Positions 13,309-26,223 of a stretch of 64,000 nt of DNA are shown here, in pieces. The notes below the pieces were generated by a model. That model worked only from the letters and a program-made list of their open reading frames with translations. It searched no databases and was not told the DNA's origin. A program made the translations under genes and the position numbers. The first letter of the stretch is position 1. Each line of letters opens with the position of its first letter. The stretch spans positions 1 to 64,000 of the forward strand of contig RSEE01000068.1 of NCBI GenBank assembly GCA_003971905.1, given 5' to 3'. Origin of the DNA: Moniliella sp. 'wahieum' (taxonomy: Eukaryota).

Positions 13309-15487
13309 GGCGGCGGGGCGGCGGAGGACGCGCGGGGGGGACGGCAGGTGGGGGCGACGCGGCGAGTGGTGGAAGCACGAGGGGAATGGAAGCGGGGGAG
13401 CGATGGCGGTCACCCGTCTCAGCGGAGGGGCGCGCGGGCGCCGGATATTCTGGGCAGGGCGCCTGAGTCAGGCTCGGCGCTGCGGCTCAGGCACGCACGC
13501 CCTCAGCAGCTGACATGTGACGGTGAATGTGAGTGGGATGCATGTGACGCTGTGACGGCATCCTGGGTACCCACACGCTGCTCGCACAGCACAACCCAGC
13601 CGGCCCGCCGCCGCAGTGCCGCTGCGTCTGCGCGTGCGTGCTGCGCGGGGCTGCCGCACACGCCACAGCGCTCCCGTGCGGCGGGCACATGCGATGCAGA
13701 TGCGATGCAGCACATGCGATGCAGATGCGATGCAGCAGCGCAAGGCTCCGTCGGTGAATGGCCGGCATCCCACAGAGCGGCCCTGAGACGCTACGCCAGA
13801 GCGGCTCATCCATCAGCCAGCGCTCACGTTCAGCGCTCCAGCGAGCGCAGGACCAGCATGCATCACGCGTCCGCGCCTGCTCGCTTCCTCGCGCCAGCGC
13901 CCAGCGCTGCCTGGGATGCATCATGCAACGCATATGCATCCCACGGTGCATCCCATGTCGCGTGTCACATGTCACCCATGCACTCGAACATCATGCACCG
14001 CATATCACGCATCATGCATCCCACGGCATGGGATCCGCGTCTCAACCGCCTCCGCGCCTCGGCGCCTCAGCCTGAGTACTGAGTCATGCCGCTGCTGTGC
14101 GCTGCTGCCGCCGACCAGCCCCGACAGGCGCCGACGACGTTACTCGATCGATTTGGATCGGTGATCACGATCATCGTCATCGATCAACCATGGACTAATC
14201 TCGCTGCTTGGCTCTGCAAGCTGCACGCTTCAAGCTTCAAGCCGCACGGGCACACCCTGCCCAGGCACAGTGCGGCGGTGGGTGATGCATGATGCTCTCC
14301 TGCTGGCGTCTCCACTGGCCAGCTGCGGCGCAGGCCGATGATCGATGACTGGCCCTGGGCCAGCCACGCACGACAGGCGTATCGTCACTTGGCTAGTCAC
14401 TATATAGTCACTTGGCTAGTCAGCGCTCCGCTGGGTGGCCATCTGTGTGAGGCCTTTTAGGGTTACCGGTTATCCATAACCCTCTCAGGGCAATGGCTGG
14501 GATTCCCCACCCCACCCCCAGCACGTCCACGTTTACGGTTACCGGTTACCACGGTAGTCGGGCTTCAGAAGGTACCCTTGGGCCATTCTCCGTTGCCCCT
14601 TGGCGTCGAGACGCTGCTCTATGTAACGTAACGCATTTGCATATCATGCATCGTGTAACATGGAACGGCCATCATTTTACGTACCCAGGACCAAATGAAC
14701 TCTTGGCTCGGCTTGGTGCCCAGGCTGAGGGAATGGTAAATGAGCTGTCGGACTCCCAGTCGGCAGCAGCAGAGACACGTGCTCACTCCAGGCTCCGTGG
14801 AGCTTGAGCGTACCGTTGCCATGCGGTCAGTTAGCTTACCTATTAGAAGGTTTCCTTTGCCTCTTGTAGCATCGCCTGTATTTGCTACCCATCACTGCGT
14901 CTCGCTCCCGTTTATCCTCGATACTCCTCCTCTCCTTCTCCGCTGTATCCGCTGTCTGTATCGTAGAGAGACTGCTGTGTCTCGAGTGCGTTCTGGCATA
15001 CTTGCGTCGCTACACCATTCCCATATCGAAAGCGAAATCATCTACTCCAAGAACGCCTCATGTCGGATCGGGAACAAAAAGTCTCTCGCTAACCAACGAA
15101 CGGCGGCATGTGGTACTTCGCATAAATATGCCCAGGGCGAACGAGAAAGCTATAATATGCAAGGTGCACGCTGTGTCGCTCCGTCTATTCCTTGTCTCTG
15201 TCTACAGAAGTGATAGGATGAGTAGCATACTGTTGACCGCATTCAGTCACAAAACAAATGAGACAAAAGGCAGTGGACGACGTAGCCGGCACTCATGTAA
15301 GAACCAATAAAGTGTCCTGGCACTCCAAGCGATGACGATGGCCGGGGAGTGGATGGGTTTAGACTGATTAAGCCAGTGCCGTGGAAAAACAAGACAATGC
15401 TACAGAAAGCCAACATGTGACTGACGGACGGTGGAGAAGGGCCGATGAATATACATGACGGTAGCATGTATGCAGGAGGGGGGAAGA

Positions 15488-17175
15488 TCAAGTCCGGTTG
15501 ATGAAGAGTGGAGAAAGGAAACACGAGTGCATGTGGCGTGCACGAGTGCTGGAGTGCTTGAAACATGCGACGATCCCGGCGGTTCTGGACCGAGAGTCAC
15601 ACCGGAACCAGCAGAGCGGGGGCAACGACCGTCGTACCTGGCTGATTCGCAGGCGGTGGGGTGGTGGGGGAGCGGCAAAAGCAAAGTCAGGGTAGGTTGG
15701 GGGGGTGCAGACCGCAACCCCGGCGGGGAGGGGAAAGACGGGTGGCGGGTAGAGGAGCGGGTAGGAGTTCAGCGGAGTAGGCATAAGCGGCTGTACAGCA
15801 TATCTGCACCACGGTGCATCGAGCGACTTGAGTAATGGGGAAGAGTTGAGCGGGTCCGTCGTTCGCGTGACGGCTCTGGTGGGCACGAGCGTGCAGCTGG
15901 GCCGGAGAAACGTGGGCTTGTCTCGAAGGTAGGGGAGTAGACAGGCGATTGGGGGCTCACCTGTTCCTCCCACGGGTCAGTGACAACGACAAGTAGGTAT
16001 AAGGGGTGTAGGGGGGTATTGAGGGTGGCGCTGTCCCACATCAGAATCGGCGATCTAACGGAAGGACAAAAGAGGCGAGGGATAGGCACCGAGGGGACAG
16101 AGTTCAAAGGAGTTGCTGGTGCAAGGAAAAGGGAGGTGGCAACCTCGGAGGGTGTAGAGGGAAAGCCTGCGGCGGAGAGACAGCCAGATATGGACCGCCG
16201 ATGGAGGGGCGGAACAGGGGAGAAGGCTGAGAGGCAGTCTATTGCAGTGACTGTGAAAGTGGTAAGAGACGCACCCAAGGGGGGTCAGTGGAGGGGTGCT
16301 CCGCCGTTCATCCTCCGAGGCTTGGAGACGCACACAGGCTTCCTTCCTCTCTGTGGTGAGAGCTTGGAGGCGGTGGGACCACTGGTCAAATTGTTCGTTG
16401 GCACGAACACCGTCATGCCCAGTCCACGCCAAACTCCCGCTCGGCACGGGTAAGGGTAGCAAGGGGGATGGCGCTCATCTCGGACCTTTGGTGGTGTGGT
16501 GTGGTGTAGGTGTTGTCGTCCAAGTACTTGTTGGCCAGCATGAGGGATGTGATGGCGGCCGCAGTACTCCGACCCTGACGCATAATGCCAAGCTGGCTGG
16601 CGCGCCTCGAAACGATAAAGGAAGTAGAGGGCCAAGAGTACCGTAGAGGTGGAGCTGGGTGGTGCGCAGAATCTTGCGCACAAAATGATAAAGTCAGGGG
16701 CGGGGTGCAAACGTCTCTGTTGTATCTCCGTCGCAGCGGAGCGGACGCAGACACGGGGAAACCTTCGGTTGCCAGCGACGAGGGACAGGGAAACAGACAC
16801 AGGCGAAGCGGCAGCGGAAGGACCGGGGGGGGGCGGGGCGTACCAGAGGTAGCAGGTGAGATTGGCGAACCACTCAGCACGGGGGCAGAGTGCCGGACGC
16901 AGGATACAGCGTCGACGCTTGGGAGGACTGGGGCGAACGTCCGAAGAAAGGGCTGAAAGCAGCAGGGTAGCAGCAGCCGCGATGGCAGCCGCGGGAGGAG
17001 CACCGGAACGCCGGTTGACAGAGACGGGTGGTGCGTGCGTGAGTTGGGAAGCTCGGACAGCGGCAGAGGAAGGGATGGGGGTGAGGGTGAGCGGTGAGGC
17101 GGGGCGATCGACGTCCGCTTTCGCTTCAAGGGATGGTTGGTTGCGTTGGCTGTGTAGGAGCAGCAACGGAGACAT
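15488..17175 (-). CDS. Pho85/PCL-type cyclin (Clg1/Pcl5-like)
   Basis: Cyclin-box motifs STVLLALYFLYRF...SGSEY and AITSLMLANKYLDDNTYT...WSEMSAIPLATLTRAEREF. Frameshifted; both ends are approximate. Confidence 0.8.
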
Positions 17176-17394
17176 GGGAGAGGCAGGGGCCAGCGGTGGG
17201 GCGCGGATGGGGCATGGATACGCTTGAAGCCTGATGCCTGAAGCTGTGAACGGGGGGACGGCAGCAGTAGGATGGGCTGGAAAAGGAACGGGGGTAGGAT
17301 GTTTTTATATATCGGCTGGAGGTGGGATGTGGGTGCAGAAGCAGGACGCAGCTGGTCACGCGTGGGCTGCGTCGCGACGAATCGCAGACATCGA

Positions 17395-18450
17395 TCATCA
17401 TGCATCATGCATCATGCATGGATGTTGACGTGCTGGTGTGGCACCGCGTGGCCTGCGTGACCTGACGCGTGACGCGTGACGGAGACACGGGGGTTGCGAG
17501 GGGGTGGGAGCGGTGTGGGATGGGCAACTGAAGTAATGACACATGTACAGCATAGGCCTGCAGCTTCAAGCTTCAAGCTTCAAGCTTCAAGCTTCACGCT
17601 TCAAGCTTCACGCGTCACGCCCCTCTGTTTTGGATTGCCTGGCTCTCCGATCTGAGATGCGATCGTGAGATCCGACGTGTGACATGTGACGCACGACTGC
17701 CGGTGGGGAAGGAAGGGCAAAGTGATCGATGAGGCTGAGGTTGATCAAGTCGATGAAGTCGACGAAGCTTGAAGCTTGAAGCTTGAAGCTGAAGCTTGAA
17801 GCTGAAGCCTCAAGCTTCAAACCCTTCAATGCCTCAGGCCTCATCGACCTCATCGATCATCTGTATCCCTGAATAGCATTTTCGGTTGTACTCGCAGCCC
17901 TACATGTTCGCACAGTGTGCGCAACACGCGTATATACTCGTAAAGCGGTAACCGGTAGCGCCTAAAGCGTAACATGTAACACACGTTATGCAAAGCGCGA
18001 AACTCGTAACGCGTAGTGGCGTAACGCGCAGTATCTATACTCGCACAATGATTAATGAATGAACGGAAGATAATTTAAGCCTTGGGTAGAACTTAGACCG
18101 AAAAAACCTAAGCTGGTAACCAGTAAAGCTAGTAACTGGTAACCGGCAACCGCAACCGAACAAATCCTAGCATCGGGGAACGCACGTAGTACTAAAGTAC
18201 CCCTATGCGTGCATCCTATTCATCGGATCGATCGACGATCGGCCACCGGCTCAGCGCTCATGCGCTCATCGATCATCTCAAAATTCGCCGGAAGGTCGCG
18301 TAGCATTTATTAATTGCTGTGCGTTTTTACGCGTCTAAGTAGATATATACCAGGTGTACTAAGTAGTGCGTTAACCGGTTACCGTAACCCTTCTGCATCG
18401 ATCCAAATAAGCGAGCGTCACGCGTTCCGCGTCACGCGCCACGAGTCCGT
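17395..18450. repeat. Dense cluster of heptamer arrays: (TCATGCA)n, (TGACGCG)n, (TCAAGCT)n, (TGAAGCT)n, TAACCGG, TAACATG, TCAGCGC
   Basis: Seen directly at 17395-17420, 17463-17480, 17562-17620, 17764-17820, 17949-17980 and 18250-18276. Confidence 0.88.
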
Positions 18451-18557
18451 CAGGGGAACCGTAGCACAACTATACCCTCAGGCCTCTTTCACAACAGATC
18501 TCACATTGCAGGATACGCGGCATACTTCTCCTGTCGTTCACCTTCTCGTGCGTTAAA

Positions 18558-18788
18558 TGTTGAGCCATCGGGTGGCTCGTGCTTTGGCCAATGTCCCTTC
18601 AGTTCCTCCTCAGGCCTGGGGGTTCCGTTGTTTTCTCCATCTTGTTTTTCCCTGTTCCGCAACTTAGCCCCTGGTGGCGACTCGCTGCTTGTTGTTCCTC
18701 TGTAGGCGTTGCTGGTTGGCTTAGACCACCACCACCACCAGTGCGATTGCATCACATTCGAGGACCATCAGGACTCCAGGTCTCATCA
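18558..18788 (-). repeat. Dispersed repeat copy C, bounded by TGTTGAG...CTCATCA (possible solo LTR)
   Basis: Reverse complement of copy A; TG...CA ends with a 6/7 terminal inverted match; no target-site duplication seen. Confidence 0.75.
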
Positions 18789-20102
18789 CAGGCAATAACA
18801 GGGCCGAGCAGGTCTTGTCACTGGAACAACTCAACGCTCGTATAAGAGCGCAGCGGAATAAGGGAGGATTCGTATACGGATCAGACTGTGGATATTGAGT
18901 TCGACAGAAGTCGTTGTGCCCTGTCGTAGAGATGCTGGACTTCGACGGCCATAATGGCTGCCCGCCGGTTTAGAGGAAACTGGAAAACCCAAACTGTATA
19001 TATAACGGACTACAGGCACGTGTAGCGACGTACTACGTCAGGCAGACGGGGCAGTCTGGACTACCAAAAGCAGATGAGCGAGAATGAGAGGTAACCGGTA
19101 ACGAGTTGAGCGACGAGGTGGCGGTGGTAGGGGGAACAGAGGAATGCGCCACAGGGGTGTCTACTATACGAGCGGCTTACAACAATTGGAACGATGTGGA
19201 GGCGCCACGGATAGGACGCGCGGTGCAGGGTACGCCTAAAACAAACCTCTAACTAGGGCAGTCCCACTCACAACAACCACGGTGCAACACACGCTTGTAA
19301 TCTTGCTCGTTCCCAGCGTCTATGCCGCGTTGTCACGAGAGCCGGCGCCCCAATTTAAAGTTGCTTCACCTCGTCTCTACCCTTCCGGATCTGCCAGTGG
19401 CGTTCAACGTTCAGGCTCAATCGACCGTGAAGAGTGCCGTGCCAGCCGTCCTTCTCTAAAACGGAAAGCATCCCTGTACACTGTGGGCCGCCCCCCAGTC
19501 CTCGGTTCTCGCCTATATGACAACACCTTTCAGGTTTGATCCACCTGGCTCTGCTGTCCGTGTGGTGTACTGTGCAACGTTTGGGGCCTGTTGTCCTTGA
19601 TACAACTATGTTTTGGCAGAAGAGAGAGGCCAATAACACTGGGGGTGCAGCATAGCGATGATGACTTCAAACTATGCCTTGCCCCATAACCGCAACGCAT
19701 CGACGTAGATCGGGAGTCGGTATCGGCATCGAAAAGGACGGTTGCTTCGTAACGCGTAAGGTCATGTGGCGGCAGGCTCATCCTGCGCGGCTGCCTATAG
19801 AATGGTGCGGTGGATGCAGGATGGGCTTGAGTAAAGCTAGTAATCCTTTTGCGAAGGTCGGCGCTGATGTCATCGCTCGCGGTGTCTGTGCCTGGGGGGC
19901 GGTTACCGGTTTATGGTTACTGGGAGTCGCCCCCCTTAGGGAGAAGGCACGGGGGCAGCCTGCAGCCTGCCTGCCGTCTTGGGTTCTGAAATCGCATCTT
20001 CCGTTGTGCATGTGATGTCCTCCCGGCGATCCTTTTTCGCCAAACTGCTGCTGCCGCTGTCGTGACCATGTGACATGTGACTGAAGCGTCTGAGGGCCTT
20101 AG

Positions 20103-20154
20103 CGTCGCCCATCGTCGCCCATCGTCGCCCATCGTCGCCCATCGTCGCCCATCG
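20103..20154. repeat. 10-bp tandem repeat (ATCGTCGCCC) x5
   Basis: Directly visible. Confidence 0.9.
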
Positions 20155-20839
20155 GCGTGCGCGCCTCGATCTGGGATCTGAGATCGGACTGCCGTCCAGC
20201 CCAAGTCGTTGCGCTGCCCAAGCCCACTATTCTTCTCTCAGCAGCACGCCCTGAATTGTAGCCTCCCTTCGGCCTTCGCTTCTTTCCGTTGACTCTTCTC
20301 CCGCTCCCACTGCGCTCTCTAGTTTAACTTCTGGAGACTTGCCACGCCGTCCGCTCAGCGCTCGGTTTGCTTGCGCCCCCCATGTCCAGCCCTCACACCA
20401 CCGCGCCCCCTCTGCTGTCGAGGACGCGCAGCTGCAACAAGACCGAGTCGGCCCGCGAAATTCAGCGCGCTCGTCGTACCAGTATGTCTTCGTCTCCTAC
20501 TTGCCGCTGTCACTATTAGTCACTTGCGCTGCGGGCCATCATATGGTCGACCGCTCCTAAGGCCTAAGGCCGAAGGCCTTCCTAAGGCCTAATGGGCTGC
20601 GGGCCTAAGGCCTAACCCCCCCCCCCGCCGCCGCCCCGGGCTCAGCGGCTCAGTGCTCATGAGTCCTTTAGTCTTCTTGCACTCTTCCCCCGTTCGACCC
20701 ACTGTACCTGCCCAGATCACCAACTCAAATCACATGTCACATCCGATTTTTTTCCCCTTGGCCTGCCGCCGCACACCGCGAAATCAGCGAGACTAACTTA
20801 CCTCACTTGCCTCCAGGTTCTCTTGTGCTACTCACCACC

Positions 20840-23512
20840 ATGCGGCCTTCCCACTCTCGCAACGGCGCAGAGGGGGAGGAGAGGGGTGCGCACGCGTCCC
20901 CAGTTCCCGCGACGGTACTCGAAGGCAGCTCGGCGCTGCTCGCGCACTCGCACTCGCACTCACATTCGCCCACCTCGGCGTGGCCAGCGTCGTCGCCCAT
21001 CACGTTTGCCAGGTCGCCACCGGGGCTTGGTGAGCGGTTTTCGGCCCAGCAGCGCGTGCGTGGCGCGAGTGTAGATTCGGACCGGAGCCATGCGCATGCA
21101 GAGCCTGGGTCGACCTGGATCGACCACCGGCTGTCGCAAGCCGCGCCAGCGAGGGGGGACATGGCGTCGTCGTCCCGCTCGTCTGGCCTGGTACGCAACA
21201 GCTATTCGCCCGTCCAGCGGGGTTGCGGCCAGTCTCCCTTGCCGGCGCGCAGTAGGACCTTTGATTCGGCCCGTTCTCGCGCCGCAGGCGTTGGCTCGCT
21301 GGACGCGCATCGTGCCACGCTGAACTCCCCCCATCTGTCCCCCCCCCCCAGCGAGGCGAACGCAGAGGACGATGTTTGTTTTCCTAGTCCTCCCCCCACC
21401 TGCTCGACGAGCTCAACCGGGATTCGGAGCCCGTCGGGACGCCACGGTGCAAGATGCGAGGGGAACGCGAACGTGCACAGTGCGGGCCCGGGCCCAGTCG
21501 GTGCTTCCCCCCGGCTACCCCCACGTTTGATCTCCAAGCACTCGACGAGTTTGTTCGCCAGCAACGGGACGAGGCGGATGCGATTCCAATTCAGGCACGG
21601 GTGGTGACTGGGATGCGGACGGGCTCAGGGGCGGTGGCCAAGAGTCAGCCGGCAGCAAGCTCTATGGGTACCGGGAGTTCCTTTTATTCCCGCCGCCGCG
21701 GAAGCAGGTTGTGCCAGAGGGGACGGAGTGGCGGGACCTCCGCATCCCTCCTCTTCGGTCTTTTCTCAGCCCGCGTCGGCGCCAGTGGAGCCGTCGAGTA
21801 TGGCGGGACGGTACCAACGCAAACTGGCATTGTTTGAGGACCAAGTCGGGACCGCTCCACCGCCTCCTCCAGGCCAGTGGGAGGAGCCGACGGCCGTGTC
21901 GGATGGAACGACGGTGGGTGGTGCGAACGCTCCAGAAGCAGGGCACGCCACTGCTCGTACGTCGCTTTTGGACCGCAAGGAGGCGCACGCCGCACCGAGC
22001 TACGGTGTGAGAGAGGACGAGGAGATGCCCGAGGCGCCCGCGTCCGTGCGCGGTCCAGTTTCCTTCCTTCGGCGCAAGAGCACCCGCGCTTCTGTTCCGG
22101 GTGCCCGCGGGCGGGTAAGCGCCGAAGCACGCTACGATGCTTCGGGCGAAAAGCAGAGACCGTTCCGGTTTGCCTTTTACAGCAATGCGCTCAACAGCAC
22201 CATCCATGCGCGCCAGCTGTACGAGCTGCCCGGGCCAGGACAGACATTTGAGGACTTGCTCACGGGCCGGCCAGCTTCGAAAGTTGAGATGGATCCCGTC
22301 CCCGAACAAGCAGAGGGCGACACGGATACCCTAGGAGGGACCACCAACCCCGACTTTCTGGGACCGAGCGCTTCCGAGCCGCGCGAGCGGACCCCCGCTG
22401 CCGGCCGGGTACCCGTGCCCTGCCTACTGGGCTGGGTCGCGTGCCACCCGATCCGCTGGGCAAAGGAATGCCAACGGGGGGGATGCTGACGACAACGGCT
22501 CAGGAGGATACCAATACCTGGTGGTTGGATGTTCAGAGTCCCACTGTGGAGGAGATGAAGGTGATCAGCCGCGCGTTTGGGATTCATCCCTTGACGACGG
22601 AGGACATTCTGATGGAAGAAACGCGGGAGAAGATTGAGCTGTTCCGCAACTACTATTTGGTCTGTTTTCGTTCGTTTGACCAAGACCCCTACAGCCCCAC
22701 CTACCTCCAACCGCGCTGAACATGTACATCGTAGTGTTCCGCGAGGGCACACTTTCCTTCCATTTCCGCAGCACACCGCACCCGCACCATGTGCGTCGGC
22801 GCATCAAGCAGCTCAAAGACTATATTCAGGTTACCTTGGACTGGATCTCGTACGCTTTGATTGACGATATTACCGATGCGTTTGGCCCGTTAATCCAGAG
22901 CATTGAGTACGAGGTGGATTCGATTGACGAGTTGGTCTTGATTTTGAAGGAGGCCGAGCAGAGCGATATGTTGCGGCGCGGAGCGTGCCGCAAGAAGGTG
23001 ATGGGGCTGCTGCGTCTGATGGGGAGCAAGGCAGATGTGGTCAAGGGACTGGCGAAACGGTGCAACGAGAATTGGTCGGTGGCGCCCAAGTCGGACATTG
23101 GTCTCTACCTCTCTGACATTCAGGACCACTTGATCACCATGACCCAGAACCTGAACCACTACGAGAAGATCTGTCCCGCTCTCACTCCAACTACCTCGCC
23201 CAAATTTCGATCGAGATGACGGACGCCAACAATCAAATTAACGATGTGCTGTCCAAGCTCACCGCTCTCGGTACCGTTATTGTGCGCCGCTCAATATTGT
23301 CACGGGTCTGTGGGGTATGAACGTAAAGGTGTGTGTCTTCTTCTTCTATCCCTCCTCTCTTGCTTGGATGATATATGATAACTGATCTTCCTTAGGTCCC
23401 TGGGCAAGTGGATGAGCATGACAACCTCTATTGGTTTGGTGGAATTGTGGCCGTCATGGTGGCCATTGGGTTGGGTGGCTTTATTATAACCCTCCGCTTT
23501 CTGCGGCGCTGA
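20840..23512 (+). CDS. CorA-family Mg2+ transporter (Alr1/Mnr2-like)
   Basis: WWLDVQSPT, FGIHPLTTEDI, REKIELFRNYY, DWISYALIDDITD and the GLWGMNVKVPG signature followed by a hydrophobic TM segment. Intron ~23329-23395; several frameshifts. Confidence 0.93.
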
Positions 23513-23993
23513 GCACCAATTCCCCATCGATTTGCCTCAATCTGGTACCCCTGTCGCAAGTTACCCTTCCCACATTTTGTCCTGTCTTTTCCTATCGCAT
23601 CTCAGATCTCATGTCGGTTCCGAACATCCCACTGCTCTTTCTGCGCTGTATCCCGCTGGCCTTCGATGTCATCAGCTGCAAAAAATTTTCCCGTTACATA
23701 AGTTTTTCGACGTCGGCTTGCTCCGTGTACTTGCCAGTCCCCCTGGGCCAGTAAGCATCTTTGGGAAGCGGTGGCGATAAGGGCACCCAACCTCCCCAAT
23801 GGGAAAGAGTGAACGTAGGACAACGGAAGCAGCATGGCGAGGGGGCCGCGGGGAGGAGCCTAACCTGCGACAGGAAGACTACCAGCAAGTATCCTGCACC
23901 GGGCTACGACGCCATCAAGGGCGATAGACAAAATTACATCTATGTAGCAAGGGCAGCAGGGGTCATAGCGGAAGCATGCTTCCAAAGGGCCTA

Positions 23994-24354
<361 letters not shown>

Positions 24355-24844
24355 TGCTGTTGACACCAGAATGGTAGCGTGTCAAAAGAGGGGGGGATGC
24401 CACGGGGGGGTACCGCCATCGAGGAAGATGGGGTAGTGGAGACATGTGGCAACACATGGAAAAAAAAGACTTACTTTAGGAGAGTGTTAGTTGCGAGAGA
24501 AAACGGCGAGTTGATGGGAGGGGGAAAGCTGCGTCTGCGCAGGCGAGCGCAGGGGCCGAGGGTATAGCAGAGTGGGGGTCGCTCGGGGGGGGCAGGCGGG
24601 GCTGGAACGGTGGGGAGTCAGCGCTTGCGCTTGCGAGGCGAGAGAGATGTGCCAAGTGCGGCCAGGGCGTGAATGGCGGTGCGGATGCGGCTGGGAGCGC
24701 ACGGCGACTGGGCTGTTGCCGGCGCAACCACTGTCCCCTCCCACCGCGCAGGCAAAGGAGGTTAGTCACACCTGAGCTGCGTGCGGCCGCCAGGGGAGGA
24801 CCACCAGGAGGGTGAGACAACTTCTCCCTGTTCCAGCGTGCGCT

Positions 24845-25128
24845 TGTGAACGTCCTGGAAATGTCCGCAGCCCAACGTTCACACGTTCACACGTTCACAG
24901 CATTCCAGGAAGTGAGACATGCCTCCGTCGCACTCTGCCGCAGTGCTGGGCCCAGCAGCGCCCATCATGCATCCTCCACCGTGCATCATGCATCACTGGC
25001 CACCTTATTAATTATTGCACCGCCCTGCTGCAGCCTCCTGTCGCCCACCAACGCAACACGTTGTGAACGCGCGTCGACTGCAACGACTGACAAGCACGCG
25101 CTGTGAACGTCTCGAGTCGATGTGAACG
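24845..25128. promoter_or_regulatory. Seven TGTGAACG/CGTTCACA motifs in the bidirectional H4-H3 promoter
   Basis: Copies start at 24845, 24876, 24884, 24892, 25062, 25102 and 25121; regulatory function is inferred. Confidence 0.6.
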
Positions 25129-25284
25129 CGTGGCCGACGACCTGCACGACCGACGCGCTGACACGCCTGCTGCCCGCCCAACAGCTCGAGGGAGGGAGCC
25201 AACGCAGCCATCCATATATACCCACGCCTCCCTAGCCATTGGTGCCCCCTTCCCCCTTACCCTCTCTCTCTCGTCTCTCTCACT

Positions 25285-25757
<473 letters not shown>

Positions 25758-26223
25758 GACCTACCCCGTCTAGGTATGCACACCTTACGTCCCTCCCGCT
25801 GTACTTTACCATGTACAATACATGTTCTCCCGGAGCTTGTCCTGTTTCCCTGTTGGTCCCGTAGTTGGTCCCTGCGCGTGAGCAGCAGAGCCTGGTTGGA
25901 GCCAGATGGGAAGCTTGAAGTAAGATCAGAGGGCAGAAAAGTCTCTTGTAAGAGATGAGGATCGCAACCTCGGTACCTCTCAGTCTATTAGTTTCCGTTC
26001 CCCGCCACCTACTCCGTACCAACTGCGTACTTCTGGCCAAAGCTGCGTACGGCTACGAGCGAGATCTATAGCAGACAAGCGAGGGGGGGGGGGGGTTGCG
26101 TAATGCATCCTGGACTAAGTCCCGCCGTGCACGTGGGGGTAGATGGGAGATGGATAGCGATGCGAAAGAGAGCGCAGGGGGAGGGGGGGGGGGGGGAAGA
26201 GGGCCTTGGGCCCGCCTTACGGG

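Noticed and set aside
17562..17820. AAGCTT arrays as heat-shock elements
   Set aside because: HSEs are alternating 5-bp nGAAn units; these arrays have a 7-bp period and do not keep that phase.
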